46,452 nucleotides of DNA, taken from positions 1 to 46,452 of the IMG/VR virus record IMGVR_UViG_3300049933_000058, one strand, 5' to 3'. The notes under the pieces are model-generated. The model worked only from the letters and a program-made list of their open reading frames with translations, did not search any database and had not been told where the DNA came from. The translations under genes and the position numbers were made by a program. Positions 1-9,203 of this stretch are shown in pieces. This DNA comes from a virus. Every line of letters begins with the position of its first letter. The stretch's first letter is position 1.

Positions 1-127
1 GTATCAACACTATACCTGTGTCTACAAGGTTGGCTATGGTGCTGATGATAATGGTTTTACCCTCGTCTCTCATCAGGTAGCCAGACTGCTCACAAAGGCG
101 CTGTAACAGTTTATAGTCACTCAAGCC
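1..127. repeat. Terminal direct repeat (left copy), identical to 46326..46452
   Basis: Bases 1-127 match 46326-46452 exactly. This implies a circular or terminally redundant complete assembly with a unique length of 46325 bp. Confidence 0.95.
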
Positions 128-1264
128 ATGCTGGTCTATATGGTCGTAAGTTACATCAGTAGGAGCCTCCCACTTCAGAACACCCCCGTGGGACTTAGTT
201 ATCTTTTCCGCCAACTGCTTTAGAGACAACTTACCCTCTGTTTTAGTACGTTGCCTCCTAGACAGCTCAAAACCTATCCCCAGACCTGTTAACTCGGTTT
301 TACCCTCTGATAGCCCGTGTGTGCCCTGATGGTAGTACTCAAAACTCACATCATCTATTGTCACAATGAGTTTGTTACCCTTTACGACAGCTTGCGCTGT
401 AGCAGCGTTACCTGTGTCAAGCCCTGTAGACTCTGGAGTAACCTTAGGGGCTACAGCCCCACCGCCGGCTTCCGCTATAAGCGCTGCTGTAGGTGCTCCT
501 TCCCACTTGGCGAAGGCTTTCAACCACCTAGGCATCTGAGAGGGCACAATACCATTAATAACGCGCCTTGAGTTGTAGATGTCCTTTTTACCACCGCCTA
601 AATAGGCAGACATCTTCCTCCCGGTAAAGAGACCATCACGGCACCCTACAGCCATAATACGGGCAGCTATAGCAGGGTCTGCCACATAGTCTGGGTTAGC
701 AATAAGGTCTACATTAAGGCGCTTAGTCCACTTGGCAAAGTTAACCCTCCCCGTCATTTGAGCGAAACCTCTACCCCTAAACTTGTAACCGTCACCTGGC
801 TGGGTGTTACCGATGTCCCTCCTACCTTCATAACGGTTGAAATAGGAGCGACTACCCTCTTCTACCAAGATACGCCCCATGTCTGTCTCATGTTCAGCCA
901 CCGCCAACAGATAGGTGATATGTAACGGGTCTGTCAACCCTGCTGCCAACCCAGCCTTAACAATAGCTAACTGAACTGACTTCTTATCCCGCCCTACGGT
1001 GCCAGGTGGCACACTACCACCACTATCTGGTGTTACACTGCCAGGTTCCATTGGAGGGCTCTCAGGCGGCTCTATAGACTGTATACCACCACTTTTAAAG
1101 GTGTGGTTAATAACCCTTTCAGCTATAAGGTGTCCGGGGTCTGCCACCACCACTCTCACCGCCGAGCCTTGCTTACCCTGTCCAAGTGACACCACTAGCT
1201 CTGTGAGACGGTCACCAACACTCCACTCCTCTAAACCCTCTAGTTGTACTGTTGCTCTCAACAT
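1..1264 (-). CDS. Tail hub / tail-associated lysin, N-terminal part with GH19 muramidase-like domain. Same ORF as 45379..46452 across the circular junction.
   Basis: The minus-strand ORF is open from ATG 1264 to the window start and is in frame, through the 127-bp overlap, with 45379..46449. My translation contains AEHETDMG ... GDGYKFRGRGFAQMTGRVNFAKW, a GH19 chitinase-like / phage lysozyme signature. The whole protein is about 736 aa. Confidence 0.8.
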   Translation of the reverse strand, partial: MLRATVQLEGLEEWSVGDRLTELVVSLGQGKQGSAVRVVVADPGHLIAERVINHTFKSGGIQSIEPPESPPMEPGSVTPDSGGSVPPGTVGRDKKSVQLAIVKAGLAAGLTDPLHITYLLAVAEHETDMGRILVEEGSRSYFNRYEGRRDIGNTQPGDGYKFRGRGFAQMTGRVNFAKWTKRLNVDLIANPDYVADPAIAARIMAVGCRDGLFTGRKMSAYLGGGKKDIYNSRRVINGIVPSQMPRWLKAFAKWEGAPTAALIAEAGGGAVAPKVTPESTGLDTGNAATAQAVVKGNKLIVTIDDVSFEYYHQGTHGLSEGKTELTGLGIGFELSRRQRTKTEGKLSLKQLAEKITKSHGGVLKWEAPTDVTYDHIDQHGLSDYKLLQRLCEQSGYLMRDEGKTIIISTIANLVDTGIVLI

Positions 1265-1268
1265 GTTA

Positions 1269-1493
1269 TCACAAAGTGTATGTGTCCACTAACTGACTAA
1301 GGAAAGGATGTGTTCTCATCTTTTGTAGGAGTGCATCTAGAGTTGGTGCTTGGCAATGCACTTCTGACCCTATGAGCAAGTTATAGGAACATCCCACCCC
1401 ACTTCTAGATATCATTTGGCATCTGTAAACTAAACATGGGTATATATGCCTAGACAGCCTACCCATAGCTTCCAACTCAGGGTCATCTCTCAT
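1269..1493 (-). CDS. Hypothetical small protein upstream of the hub/lysin gene
   Basis: The ORF track gives 1269..1568. I prefer the internal ATG at 1493, which follows AAGGAG (GATAAAGGAGTTGATATG). The stop lies 4 nt before the hub gene start. Confidence 0.5.
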   Translation of the reverse strand: MRDDPELEAMGRLSRHIYPCLVYRCQMISRSGVGCSYNLLIGSEVHCQAPTLDALLQKMRTHPFLSQLVDTYTL

Positions 1494-1528
1494 ATCAACT
1501 CCTTTATCTATACTCAGGGACGCTGCAA

Positions 1529-1610
1529 CCACACTCACACCTAGAGATATCTCCCTTGGTGTTATCACATTATCACCACCCTAAAGATATCTAGTTGTGT
1601 GAGTGTGTTT
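1529..1610. promoter_or_regulatory. Divergent control region with inverted arms flanking TGTTATCACA plus TTATCACC
   Basis: Left arm is CACACTCACAC-CTAGAGATATCT and right arm is AGATATCTAG-TTGTGTGAGTGTG. The GATATC sites are at 1546-1551 and 1586-1591, 40 bp centre to centre. The region lies between minus gene 1493 and plus gene 1650. Confidence 0.6.
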
Positions 1611-1623
1611 AATGAGTTATAAT
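1595..1623 (+). promoter_or_regulatory. Sigma70-type promoter for the 1650 gene
   Basis: TTGTGT (1595-1600), a 17-nt spacer, then TATAAT (1618-1623), 27 nt upstream of ATG 1650. Confidence 0.6.
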
Positions 1624-1649
1624 AGGGAGAGACGAGATGGGTTAAAGGT

Positions 1650-2432
1650 ATGAGCATTAAAACGATACCATTCAGAGACGATGCCAGCTTTTTGGAAGAG
1701 GCCATGGCTAAGGCTAAAGAGTTAGGAACCAACTTAACCCAAGTCATGAGGACTCAACTAAGACAGTGGCTAGGTATGCCTGAGGATACCAGAACTCTAG
1801 ATACTGTAACGGGTGCTGCTGCCGAGGTTATGATAGCAGATGGTACTTGCTATAACTGGTCTGGTAAAAAGCGTATAAACAGTATGCTACCTGTACACGT
1901 TGTAACCCACGGTAAGTTATGGCTGGTAGACCGTACTAAGAACTACTCACACAAGATACTCAGAAGTGTGTGTGTGCTACCTCAGTGCATTATCAGCACT
2001 GTTGGAGAGGCTAGGGGTGACCTTGTACCAAAACTCCTCGACCTTACCTCAGATGACCTTGTAGACCGTGTTGCTAACCTATTACAAGTTGAAGCAATGA
2101 CCTGGTTTCAGGAGATGCACCATCGTCAGCAGAGCTATGTTATTGATGCTGCTCTCAATGGTGACACCCTAGAACAACTCATAGACTACTATGCCCCTAA
2201 ACCTGTTATCACAGAGGTCATAGAACCACAACCAGAGGAGCCACAGGAGACTGTTATCACAACAGACACTAAGAAGCCTGAAGCCAGAGACAAGCAACTA
2301 CGGAAGCGCTACAGCATCAGTGCCGATGAGTGGCACGCTAACCTATCCACCTGGAAGAGAGAGGGTTTAAAGACGGTTGACGGGTTGGTGTGGCGCTTTA
2401 TCCGCTACTCTAATATGTGGTTAGCCAGTTGA
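1650..2432 (+). CDS. Putative ribbon-helix-helix (Arc/CopG-like) DNA-binding regulator with a long C-terminal extension
   Basis: The N-terminus IKTIPFRDDASFLEEAMAKAKELGTNLTQVMRTQLRQWL fits a beta-strand plus two-helix RHH pattern. It is the first gene after the divergent control region. Confidence 0.6.
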   Translation: MSIKTIPFRDDASFLEEAMAKAKELGTNLTQVMRTQLRQWLGMPEDTRTLDTVTGAAAEVMIADGTCYNWSGKKRINSMLPVHVVTHGKLWLVDRTKNYSHKILRSVCVLPQCIISTVGEARGDLVPKLLDLTSDDLVDRVANLLQVEAMTWFQEMHHRQQSYVIDAALNGDTLEQLIDYYAPKPVITEVIEPQPEEPQETVITTDTKKPEARDKQLRKRYSISADEWHANLSTWKREGLKTVDGLVWRFIRYSNMWLAS

Positions 2433-2482
2433 CAATGCCCACCTAACAGTGTTAGCGTCAAGTTAACGTTGTAGGAAAGAGT

Positions 2483-2863
2483 ATGTCAAACCTTGCTAGA
2501 GAAGCCGCGATACGGGATAAAATAGCCTCACAGCTTAGCAATGCTGAGTACTGTAAAACTGAGTATAGGATACCCTTAAACAGCACAGGGGGTGGGAGAC
2601 GCCGTAACCGTTCTATGGATGTCTTTGTGCAACATGAGTCTATAAAATATATTATAGAAGTTAAACACGCACCTAAGTACACTCAGGCTATAGGGCAGTT
2701 GATAGCCTATAGGGCATTACACTGTCAAGACTGTAGACTGGTAATAGTTTTATATGGTACACCCGCAGAGATAGCGGAATATAAACCTGAGTGCCAAAAA
2801 GTATTGACATCACTAGAGGTATCGAATAACCTTAAAATGGTACTGATGAGCGAGTTAGGATAA
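2483..2863 (+). CDS. PD-(D/E)XK nuclease-fold protein (putative)
   Basis: MDVFVQHESIKYIIEVKH gives a D...E-x-K arrangement after an N-terminal helix (EAAIRDKIASQL). Confidence 0.5.
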   Translation: MSNLAREAAIRDKIASQLSNAEYCKTEYRIPLNSTGGGRRRNRSMDVFVQHESIKYIIEVKHAPKYTQAIGQLIAYRALHCQDCRLVIVLYGTPAEIAEYKPECQKVLTSLEVSNNLKMVLMSELG

Positions 2864-3018
2864 TGACACAGACAGAGCAATATTACATCAAAGGCAACAT
2901 CAACGCTAGACAGACGTTACAGCGCTTCATCAAAGCGGGTGCCGAAGCTAGCCTAGCCTATTCACAGCCCAAACAACAGTTTGTTATCACAGTGACCTAT
3001 AGTATCAGGGAGCGTTAA
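2863..3018 (+). CDS. Small hypothetical protein (51 aa, below the ORF-track cutoff)
   Basis: Its ATG overlaps the previous stop (TAATG). My translation is MTQTEQYYIKGNINARQTLQRFIKAGAEASLAYSQPKQQFVITVTYSIRER. Confidence 0.4.
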   Translation: MTQTEQYYIKGNINARQTLQRFIKAGAEASLAYSQPKQQFVITVTYSIRER

Positions 3019-3021
3019 ACA

Positions 3022-3240
3022 ATGTTACCATCAACTATAGAAGAGTATTTAACCACACTGGATGAGGTAGCCCTAAGCGCCCTCTCCAATGAGTGTGAAC
3101 AATACTACACATCCAGCACCGCCCCGCTTAATAGTACTGTTAGAGTGTTATCACAACGTTACTTAGGGTCAAACACCCACATAGGTTTTGTTGCAACATG
3201 TTTGGCAGTATGGCGTCATATAGCCCGTAAAGGAGTCTAG
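3022..3240 (+). CDS. Hypothetical protein
   Basis: 72-aa ORF packed tightly after the previous gene. Confidence 0.5.
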   Translation: MLPSTIEEYLTTLDEVALSALSNECEQYYTSSTAPLNSTVRVLSQRYLGSNTHIGFVATCLAVWRHIARKGV

Positions 3241-3566
3241 AGAAGCCACTCTAGCTTCTTTATTATTTCCTTAGGTTCCAAGCCCTCCAAGCCTTTAATA
3301 GCGCTGTCGAGGGCTTCTAACTGTTTGAGGATAGGCGCTCTAACCTTGCCAAATAGCTTATCTATCTCTTTATTAGCCAGTCCTGTTAAGTCTTCAGCAG
3401 TGGGCACCTTTACACCAAACTGACCAGCAATGTCAATACCTTTCTGGACTATGGGCGGAAAAGTGAAGCCAGATATTTGAGGCTGGATATCAAGAACTTT
3501 ACGGAAGTCAGACACCTTACCAGTAGCCATCTTGGCAGCGCGCTCTATAGTATTAACGAAGCTCAT
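3237..3566 (-). CDS. Hypothetical protein
   Basis: The ORF track gives 3237..3674. The internal ATG at 3566 (MSFVNTIERAAK...) avoids overlap with the divergent plus gene at 3652. Confidence 0.5.
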   Translation of the reverse strand: MSFVNTIERAAKMATGKVSDFRKVLDIQPQISGFTFPPIVQKGIDIAGQFGVKVPTAEDLTGLANKEIDKLFGKVRAPILKQLEALDSAIKGLEGLEPKEIIKKLEWLL

Positions 3567-3651
3567 TATAAAGACTGTGTAAAGAAGTGGGCATTTGAAA
3601 GGAGACGATGTTAGAATAGGTGAAGACAAGAGAAACAAGGAATAAACCCTC

Positions 3652-3891
3652 ATGACATCCCAAAGCTCACTCAACCTAGTCGTAGAAGTCAGACAGTTCT
3701 CAGGTGCAAACTGCTATGTGGTTTCCCCCGTAACCGCTCCGGACTTCTTCACAGGCGGTACTGACATCATGGTACATTCTGACACTCGAATGATGACCGG
3801 GCGCTTCTACTCTATGACAGTTCCTTTACAACCGGACTACCAAGGTGTCTATGATGCCACAGATGTTATAATGATGCCACAGAACCGATAG
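3652..3891 (+). CDS. Hypothetical protein
   Basis: 79-aa ORF followed by an intrinsic terminator. Confidence 0.5.
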   Translation: MTSQSSLNLVVEVRQFSGANCYVVSPVTAPDFFTGGTDIMVHSDTRMMTGRFYSMTVPLQPDYQGVYDATDVIMMPQNR

Positions 3892-3913
3892 ACATTGTTA
3901 TAACAAGGCTCCC

Positions 3914-3943
3914 AACCCCACCTAACCAGTGGGGTTACTTTTG
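3914..3943 (+). terminator. Intrinsic terminator
   Basis: 8-bp stem AACCCCAC / GTGGGGTT with a 7-nt loop, followed by ACTTTTG. Confidence 0.7.
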
Positions 3944-3952
3944 TGCTATAAT
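3944..3952 (+). promoter_or_regulatory. Extended -10 promoter TGcTATAAT
   Basis: TGCTATAAT lies 30 nt upstream of ATG 3983. Confidence 0.55.
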
Positions 3953-3982
3953 ATCGTTATACAGTTATAGAAGGTTGGAGTT

Positions 3983-4528
3983 ATGGACTATAGGAAGCCG
4001 GCAATGTTATCACAAGAGGAGTGGAGAAGAGGCTATGACCTCTGGTTAAGAAGTGGTTACACCCTAGAACAGGTAGGTAGGCACCTGGGGTTACGTCCTA
4101 ACAGTGGTCGGAGTGTGTCAACATATCTCAATAAATATTTTGGCAGGGGTGCGACAGACCCTATAGCCAACAGCTTTGTGAGGTCGATGGCTGAGGACTA
4201 TCCAGGTGAGCCGTGGGTGGCAGGGTTGGAACCGGAGGATAACCGGGGGTCTGGGAGGTTTATGACGATATCCGTAGAGCGTGGTTTAGCCACTAAGGGG
4301 ACGGCTAAACTGGTGGGGAACCGTTCTAATGAGATGAAGTACCGGATAGCTTACCAACAGTCTCTAAGACAGTCCTACGACCCGTGGGAGCAGTTTGAGC
4401 CTAAACCTTATAGCCTGCTGATGTTCACACTGGTTTTTAACGCTATTATCCCATTGTTAGAGTTGTTACTGAGAGGTCAGAATAGTGGCGGTATTCAACT
4501 ACAAAGCAATGTTATCACGAGTGACTGA
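3983..4528 (+). CDS. HTH-containing protein, possibly the DNA-recognition component of the small terminase
   Basis: HTH-like segment GYTLEQVGRHLGLRPNSGRSVSTYL. It sits directly upstream of the terminase genes. Confidence 0.5.
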   Translation: MDYRKPAMLSQEEWRRGYDLWLRSGYTLEQVGRHLGLRPNSGRSVSTYLNKYFGRGATDPIANSFVRSMAEDYPGEPWVAGLEPEDNRGSGRFMTISVERGLATKGTAKLVGNRSNEMKYRIAYQQSLRQSYDPWEQFEPKPYSLLMFTLVFNAIIPLLELLLRGQNSGGIQLQSNVITSD

Positions 4529-4811
4529 GTTTGGGGGTGACCCTCTACAACTCATGGAACAGGCAGAGGAGATAAGGTTGGCATCACTAAGTGAGGGTGT
4601 ACTCACCGAAAAGATATCGGTAAAGGATGGGGTGTTAGAGGTCAATGAGCGTAACCCCCAGACCGCCTTAGCAGCAGTCCGTTTAAAGTTTGACCTAACC
4701 AAGTGGTTGACAGTTCAAACCGAAGCTAACCAGGAGGAAAACACCGAGTGTAGGCTTGTTATAACAGGGTTGGATATGACGCCGCCGAAGGAGATACAAC
4801 GTTATGGGTGA
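4485..4811 (+). CDS. Terminase small subunit-like protein
   Basis: Its stop overlaps the large terminase start (ATGGGTGA). Size and position are typical. ATG 4509 is an alternative start. Confidence 0.5.
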   Translation: MAVFNYKAMLSRVTEFGGDPLQLMEQAEEIRLASLSEGVLTEKISVKDGVLEVNERNPQTALAAVRLKFDLTKWLTVQTEANQEENTECRLVITGLDMTPPKEIQRYG

Positions 4812-6132
4812 CTTGGTACTGACACCCCACCCTAAGCAGTGTGAAGTAATGAACAGCCGTGCCAAGGTGACGATGATAAGGGCGGGGCGACGGTGGGGTA
4901 AGACTAAGTTAGGTCAGTACCTCAGCATCCTTTGGTGTCTCAACTGGCGAGAGATGCTCCTTAGGAAGGGCTGGGATATGGAGGGGACATGGGCTGATGG
5001 GCATAAACCTGTGAACCTTGTGACAATGCCTACAGCAGTTATGGCTCGTCAAATATGGTTTGAGTCTCTCTATAGTATGTTATCACAACACCCTTTGGTA
5101 GCAAGTATCAATAAGCAGTCAATGACTTTTAAGTTTAAGGGTGACCGGCCTGACTTGTTGATAAGGGGGGCTAACGATGCCAATGGTGACCGCTTACGCG
5201 GGTTAAAAGTCATGGCACTGTGGGTAGACGAGGTACAGAACGTTAGACAACCTGTGATAGACCGTGTGTTGATGCCAGCAATGTCCGACTTACCCTTTAG
5301 TCAAGCCTATATGACGGGGACACCTCTTGGTAAGAGTAATGTCTTCTATAGACTGTGGCAACGTGATAACGGGGATAGCACCCGTCAACTAAACTACCAC
5401 TTTCCTACTGAAACTAACCCCTACTTCCCTAAGGATGAGTTAAGAGAGTATAAACTGATACTACCCCCGTCTGTTTACAGGGAGGAATATGAGGCGACCT
5501 GGGAAGACACCCCCGGTGCATGGTTCACCAGTCTGGATGAGGACAACCTCACAGACGAGTTACCGCCTGACTGGGAAGAGTGTATTCTAGGGGTTGACCA
5601 CGGCGACATCAACCCAGCCCATATTGTGATAGTTCGTTACAAAGACACCTGGATATATGTTGATGGGTGGCAACCCAATAACACAGCCGTTTCGGATGGT
5701 GAGGGGCATCAGTTTAAAGCATTGCCGATACCTGAGTATGAACAAAACGACTCCTTAGTGCAACTGGCTAAAAACTGGGACGTTACAGAGACCCGGTGTG
5801 ACCCTGCAAGACCAGCCAGAGTATTAGATATTCGTATACTGGGCAAAGAACAGCGTCTAACGGGGCTACAGAGGTCGGTAGCGGGTTATAACAAACAACT
5901 GGATGGCATCTCCCAGATGCATAACTTAATGGCTCAGAAGCGCTTGTTGTTTTACCGAGGGCAGAAGGCAGGCGGTAACACTCTAGACGGGCAAACCTTA
6001 TATGACCTGTGTAAAAGTTATCACAAGAAACTTGACCCTGATGGTAACCCGTTACCTATAGAGGCACCCGGTCAAAATAGCCATGCCATAGATGCTCTAA
6101 GGTATGCCATAGCGCGTCAAACTACCCGATAG
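4804..6132 (+). CDS. Terminase large subunit
   Basis: Walker A-like RAGRRWGKTKLG and Walker B LWVDEVQ. The C-terminal nuclease region carries acidic motifs (GVDHGD, HAIDALRYA). Confidence 0.85.
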   Translation: MGDLVLTPHPKQCEVMNSRAKVTMIRAGRRWGKTKLGQYLSILWCLNWREMLLRKGWDMEGTWADGHKPVNLVTMPTAVMARQIWFESLYSMLSQHPLVASINKQSMTFKFKGDRPDLLIRGANDANGDRLRGLKVMALWVDEVQNVRQPVIDRVLMPAMSDLPFSQAYMTGTPLGKSNVFYRLWQRDNGDSTRQLNYHFPTETNPYFPKDELREYKLILPPSVYREEYEATWEDTPGAWFTSLDEDNLTDELPPDWEECILGVDHGDINPAHIVIVRYKDTWIYVDGWQPNNTAVSDGEGHQFKALPIPEYEQNDSLVQLAKNWDVTETRCDPARPARVLDIRILGKEQRLTGLQRSVAGYNKQLDGISQMHNLMAQKRLLFYRGQKAGGNTLDGQTLYDLCKSYHKKLDPDGNPLPIEAPGQNSHAIDALRYAIARQTTR

Positions 6133-6379
6133 AATGCCAGTCCCCAGGGTCATTGATACATGAGGTTATATATGCTAATAGTACCTTTCTAGTACACTGA
6201 TATAGTGGCTCATGATACTGTTCTATACCCATTGCTATCTGGTCTAAAACATACAACAACTTAAAAGCCTCTTCATAGCAGCCTGCATCAGCCAGGAAGG
6301 CTACTGTTTTGAAAGCACCTAGTAACTTTATCATGTCCCCTCTATATACCCTTAAAAACTGTCTTATGCTTACCTCCAT
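6122..6379 (-). CDS. Possible small antisense-oriented gene between terminase and portal
   Basis: The 85-aa ORF fills the roughly 200-nt gap. Its ATG at 6379 sits 5 nt after a TGTGATAACA copy. No other support. Confidence 0.3.
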   Translation of the reverse strand: MEVSIRQFLRVYRGDMIKLLGAFKTVAFLADAGCYEEAFKLLYVLDQIAMGIEQYHEPLYQCTRKVLLAYITSCINDPGDWHSIG

Positions 6380-7910
6380 AACTTTGTTATCACAACTCCA
6401 CAGTCACTACAGTTACTATAGGGGTGCTTGGCAGACTATCAAAGACCTTAGGGAAGGGTTTGTCACCATAAGTGCTAAAAAGGAACGCTATGCACCCCAG
6501 CGGATAGGAGAGGAGCCCGAAGTCTATGCTAACCGCCTATCCTCCCTCAGTTACACTAATATCCTAAATGAGAACATCCACCGTCTAGCCTCTATCCTAA
6601 CCTCTACCCCAGTCAACCTAGAGTACACCGATACCCCTTTTTGGGATGAAGTCCTCAAACGCTTAGATGGTGCTAATATGAGCCATAATGACTTTATATA
6701 CTCCATCTACACCGACTTACTCTACTATGGTAGAGTCTGTATTGCTGTCGATAACCCTGTTATAACAAGTGCTGCAAGGTCACGACTAGAGTTTATAGAA
6801 GGTAGACAGTACCCTAGGGTGACTCTGTTTAACCCACTGGAAGTCATCAACTGGGGGGATGACTGGGTGATGACCCTACAGATAAATGAGGTTAACCAGC
6901 CGCTACAACCTAAGGCTATTTATGCTACCTGGAAACTGTGGACTCAGGACACTATCACAACTTGGTCTACTGAGGTCACAATAAACATTGACAATGTGAT
7001 AACAATGGTTAAAGTGGGTTCAAAGTGGTACTCACCTGAGGATAAAAGAGCAGTGTTACAAGGTGAGACACTAGAGCATGGTTGGGGCGGGTTGCCAGTC
7101 ATCAGACGTACTTTAAATGATGAGAAATGGGTTGGTGGTGCCGTCTATCCTAAGGCGTTGCAACACTTCAACATAGAGTCATCATGGACATGGGCAGGGC
7201 GTTATGCTGGCATTATACAGCGTGTCTTTATACCCTTAGCTCCTACTGCTAATGATAACCCTGCCTTACTTCTAGACCCACCCGACTATTCAGAGATGGT
7301 TAGCGACAATGCCCATGTTCTGATAGGGCAAGGCTTCCAGTTCGTAGAAACTACCGGAACAGCTATCACCACTTTAGGGGGACAGTTAGAAGCTATTAAG
7401 AACGATGTCAAAGACACTGTGAACATTACTTTTGCTTCGGGTGCCCCTGTTGAGCAGTCAGGAGTGGCTAAAAAGGTGGATATGCTACTCCTACAAAACG
7501 CCTTAACCTCCTATGGCTACCTGGGTACTGAAATAGATGAAGAAGTGTTAAGCACCATAGCCATGGTAGCAGGGACAGATGAGCCTACAGTTAAAAGCAA
7601 CCTGAGCTACTCTCTAGAAGACGCTACGACTGCCTTAGACACTGTGGATAGGGTTCTACCTCACGCTGAAAACGTTGCTCCCGTAACCCTCAGAGAGCTA
7701 TATAAGAAGTTACAACACCTATTACTACCTGATGTTCCTGACGAGATAAAAGAGGAGATAGACGCTGAAACACCCACCTTTGAAGACGAACCAGAGGCGG
7801 GTGAGGAGGAAGAAACCGAAGAAGACCCAAGAGGGCTGAAAGAACGCCTTATGGAGTACTTCAACCTAACTGAGGAGGAAGCTGAAGAAGTGCTACAGGA
7901 GAGCGAGTAG
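6309..7910 (+). CDS. Portal protein (putative)
   Basis: About 520-530 aa, follows the large terminase, and has a strongly acidic C-terminus. The start is uncertain (TTG 6309, ATG 6333 or ATG 6366). Confidence 0.6.
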   Translation: MKAPSNFIMSPLYTLKNCLMLTSITLLSQLHSHYSYYRGAWQTIKDLREGFVTISAKKERYAPQRIGEEPEVYANRLSSLSYTNILNENIHRLASILTSTPVNLEYTDTPFWDEVLKRLDGANMSHNDFIYSIYTDLLYYGRVCIAVDNPVITSAARSRLEFIEGRQYPRVTLFNPLEVINWGDDWVMTLQINEVNQPLQPKAIYATWKLWTQDTITTWSTEVTINIDNVITMVKVGSKWYSPEDKRAVLQGETLEHGWGGLPVIRRTLNDEKWVGGAVYPKALQHFNIESSWTWAGRYAGIIQRVFIPLAPTANDNPALLLDPPDYSEMVSDNAHVLIGQGFQFVETTGTAITTLGGQLEAIKNDVKDTVNITFASGAPVEQSGVAKKVDMLLLQNALTSYGYLGTEIDEEVLSTIAMVAGTDEPTVKSNLSYSLEDATTALDTVDRVLPHAENVAPVTLRELYKKLQHLLLPDVPDEIKEEIDAETPTFEDEPEAGEEEETEEDPRGLKERLMEYFNLTEEEAEEVLQESE

Positions 7911-8246
7911 GTAACCCACAGCAATGAGTCCACAGCGCATATACCACGGCGCTGTCAGTCTCCTCTCTAATACCACTGCTACCATACCCCCTATAGTGTA
8001 TGTTATAACAAACAGTGTTGAGGCAATGAGTAGGTAACCACCCATACTGACAGTAAAGGCGATGGTAGCGGTGTAGAGGATACCCTCTAAGAGCAACGCC
8101 TCAACTCCGCCACGGGGCGTCAACACACCTTCCCATACTTCCACATAGGATGTGAGAGGCCGTTGTTTATTGCCCTCTAAAGCTAGGTTGCGGGTCTCCT
8201 GTGTGAATGGAGTTGTGTTGGTAACCTGTATCACTGGTTTGCTCAT
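7893..8246 (-). CDS. Membrane protein with about 3 hydrophobic helices (holin candidate)
   Basis: Hydrophobic stretches LLLEGILYTATIAFTV, GGYLLIASTLFVITYTIGGMVAVV and GLIAVGYLLALL. Confidence 0.5.
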   Translation of the reverse strand: MSKPVIQVTNTTPFTQETRNLALEGNKQRPLTSYVEVWEGVLTPRGGVEALLLEGILYTATIAFTVSMGGYLLIASTLFVITYTIGGMVAVVLERRLTAPWYMRCGLIAVGYLLALL

Positions 8247-8373
8247 CTGTCAATACCTCTATAAACCACTGTATCTGACGGGTTGCCCCTATTAACTGCC
8301 CTATGATAATGATACTCATTCCTAAGGCTATGATAGTGTCCTGTCTCATGAGAAAGGGTGAGACACCTTTCAC
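8167..8373 (-). CDS. Small membrane protein (one TM), overlapping the next gene
   Basis: TM-like IIALGMSIIIIGQLIGA. It overlaps 7893..8246 by 80 nt, so one of the two starts may be wrong. Confidence 0.35.
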   Translation of the reverse strand: MKGVSPFLMRQDTIIALGMSIIIIGQLIGATRQIQWFIEVLTDEQTSDTGYQHNSIHTGDPQPSFRGQ

Positions 8374-8403
8374 AGCGCCCCACCCTCTATTCTAACACTT
8401 TTA

Positions 8404-8955
8404 TTAAGTGTTTAACCAACGGCTTAGTTTACCTTGATAAAGCTCATGAACACTTTTAAAAAGTGATAACATAGTATGGTCGTTATCCAACATTTGCTTC
8501 TTATCACACGACTTCCATATGTCCCATTGTAGGCGGTCGGATGATAGTTCTGTACCGCGACGACTTGAAACCCATAGCCCATATATTTCATGACATGCCA
8601 AGAGGTCAGCCTCACGTGCATTCCTACAGTCGTCAAACACCGGTACTAAACCGTAAGCTTGGCATTGTGATAACAGTCTCTTAGTTTCCTCTGGCACTTC
8701 CGAGTCACCCTTACGTTCGTGATAGCGCTTCACCATCAAGTCTAAAAAGGTCTCAGAACCACGTTGGAAGGTGGGCATAGACTTCATACAACGATGCTCT
8801 AACAGCCTTTCAGACAAAGCAAAGCTCTCCTCCAACTCTCTCTTCATCGGTCTGGCAAACTTTGAATGATGGAGACGGTCATCCAACATTGTTAGCATTG
8901 TTGCAACAGTTCCTTTACCAGCCCCGGACGCCCCAAACACTGATATTATCTTCAT
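8404..8955 (-). CDS. P-loop nucleotide kinase-like protein (dNMP kinase candidate)
   Basis: MKIISVFGASGAGKGT carries a Walker A motif at the N-terminus. The start ATG 8955 overlaps the upstream stop (ATGA). Confidence 0.5.
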   Translation of the reverse strand: MKIISVFGASGAGKGTVATMLTMLDDRLHHSKFARPMKRELEESFALSERLLEHRCMKSMPTFQRGSETFLDLMVKRYHERKGDSEVPEETKRLLSQCQAYGLVPVFDDCRNAREADLLACHEIYGLWVSSRRGTELSSDRLQWDIWKSCDKKQMLDNDHTMLSLFKSVHELYQGKLSRWLNT

Positions 8956-9143
8956 TCTTCCACCTCTGTTTGGAAGTCTATCCAGTGTGCTGACGAGTCT
9001 GTACCACCGCCCCACAACGTTATGTAGGTGCCATCACTAAAGTAAAGAGTAAACCCCTCCGAGTCATTCTCACATACTGTTTTAACATCCACTATAGTTT
9101 TACCTTGCACCGACTCCTTCAGGAACTCAGCTTCAAATATCAT
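8952..9143 (-). CDS. Hypothetical protein
   Basis: The internal ATG at 9143 follows AAGGAG. A TGTGATAACA copy sits just upstream. Confidence 0.5.
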   Translation of the reverse strand: MIFEAEFLKESVQGKTIVDVKTVCENDSEGFTLYFSDGTYITLWGGGTDSSAHWIDFQTEVEE

Positions 9144-9203
9144 TGTCACAACTCCTTTGTGATAACAAGTAGGGTAGAGCCTTGTGACCATACCCGGTGA
9201 GCT

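Noticed and set aside
317-1292. Plus-strand ORFs 317..571 and 999..1292.
   Set aside because: They lie antisense inside the well-supported hub/lysin gene, have low-complexity translations and have no promoter or RBS.
3983-4811. Programmed -1 frameshift fusing the HTH protein to the small terminase-like ORF.
   Set aside because: The downstream frame is +1 relative to the upstream one and I saw no slippery heptamer. Two separate genes is the simpler reading, with ATG 4509 as a possible start for the second.
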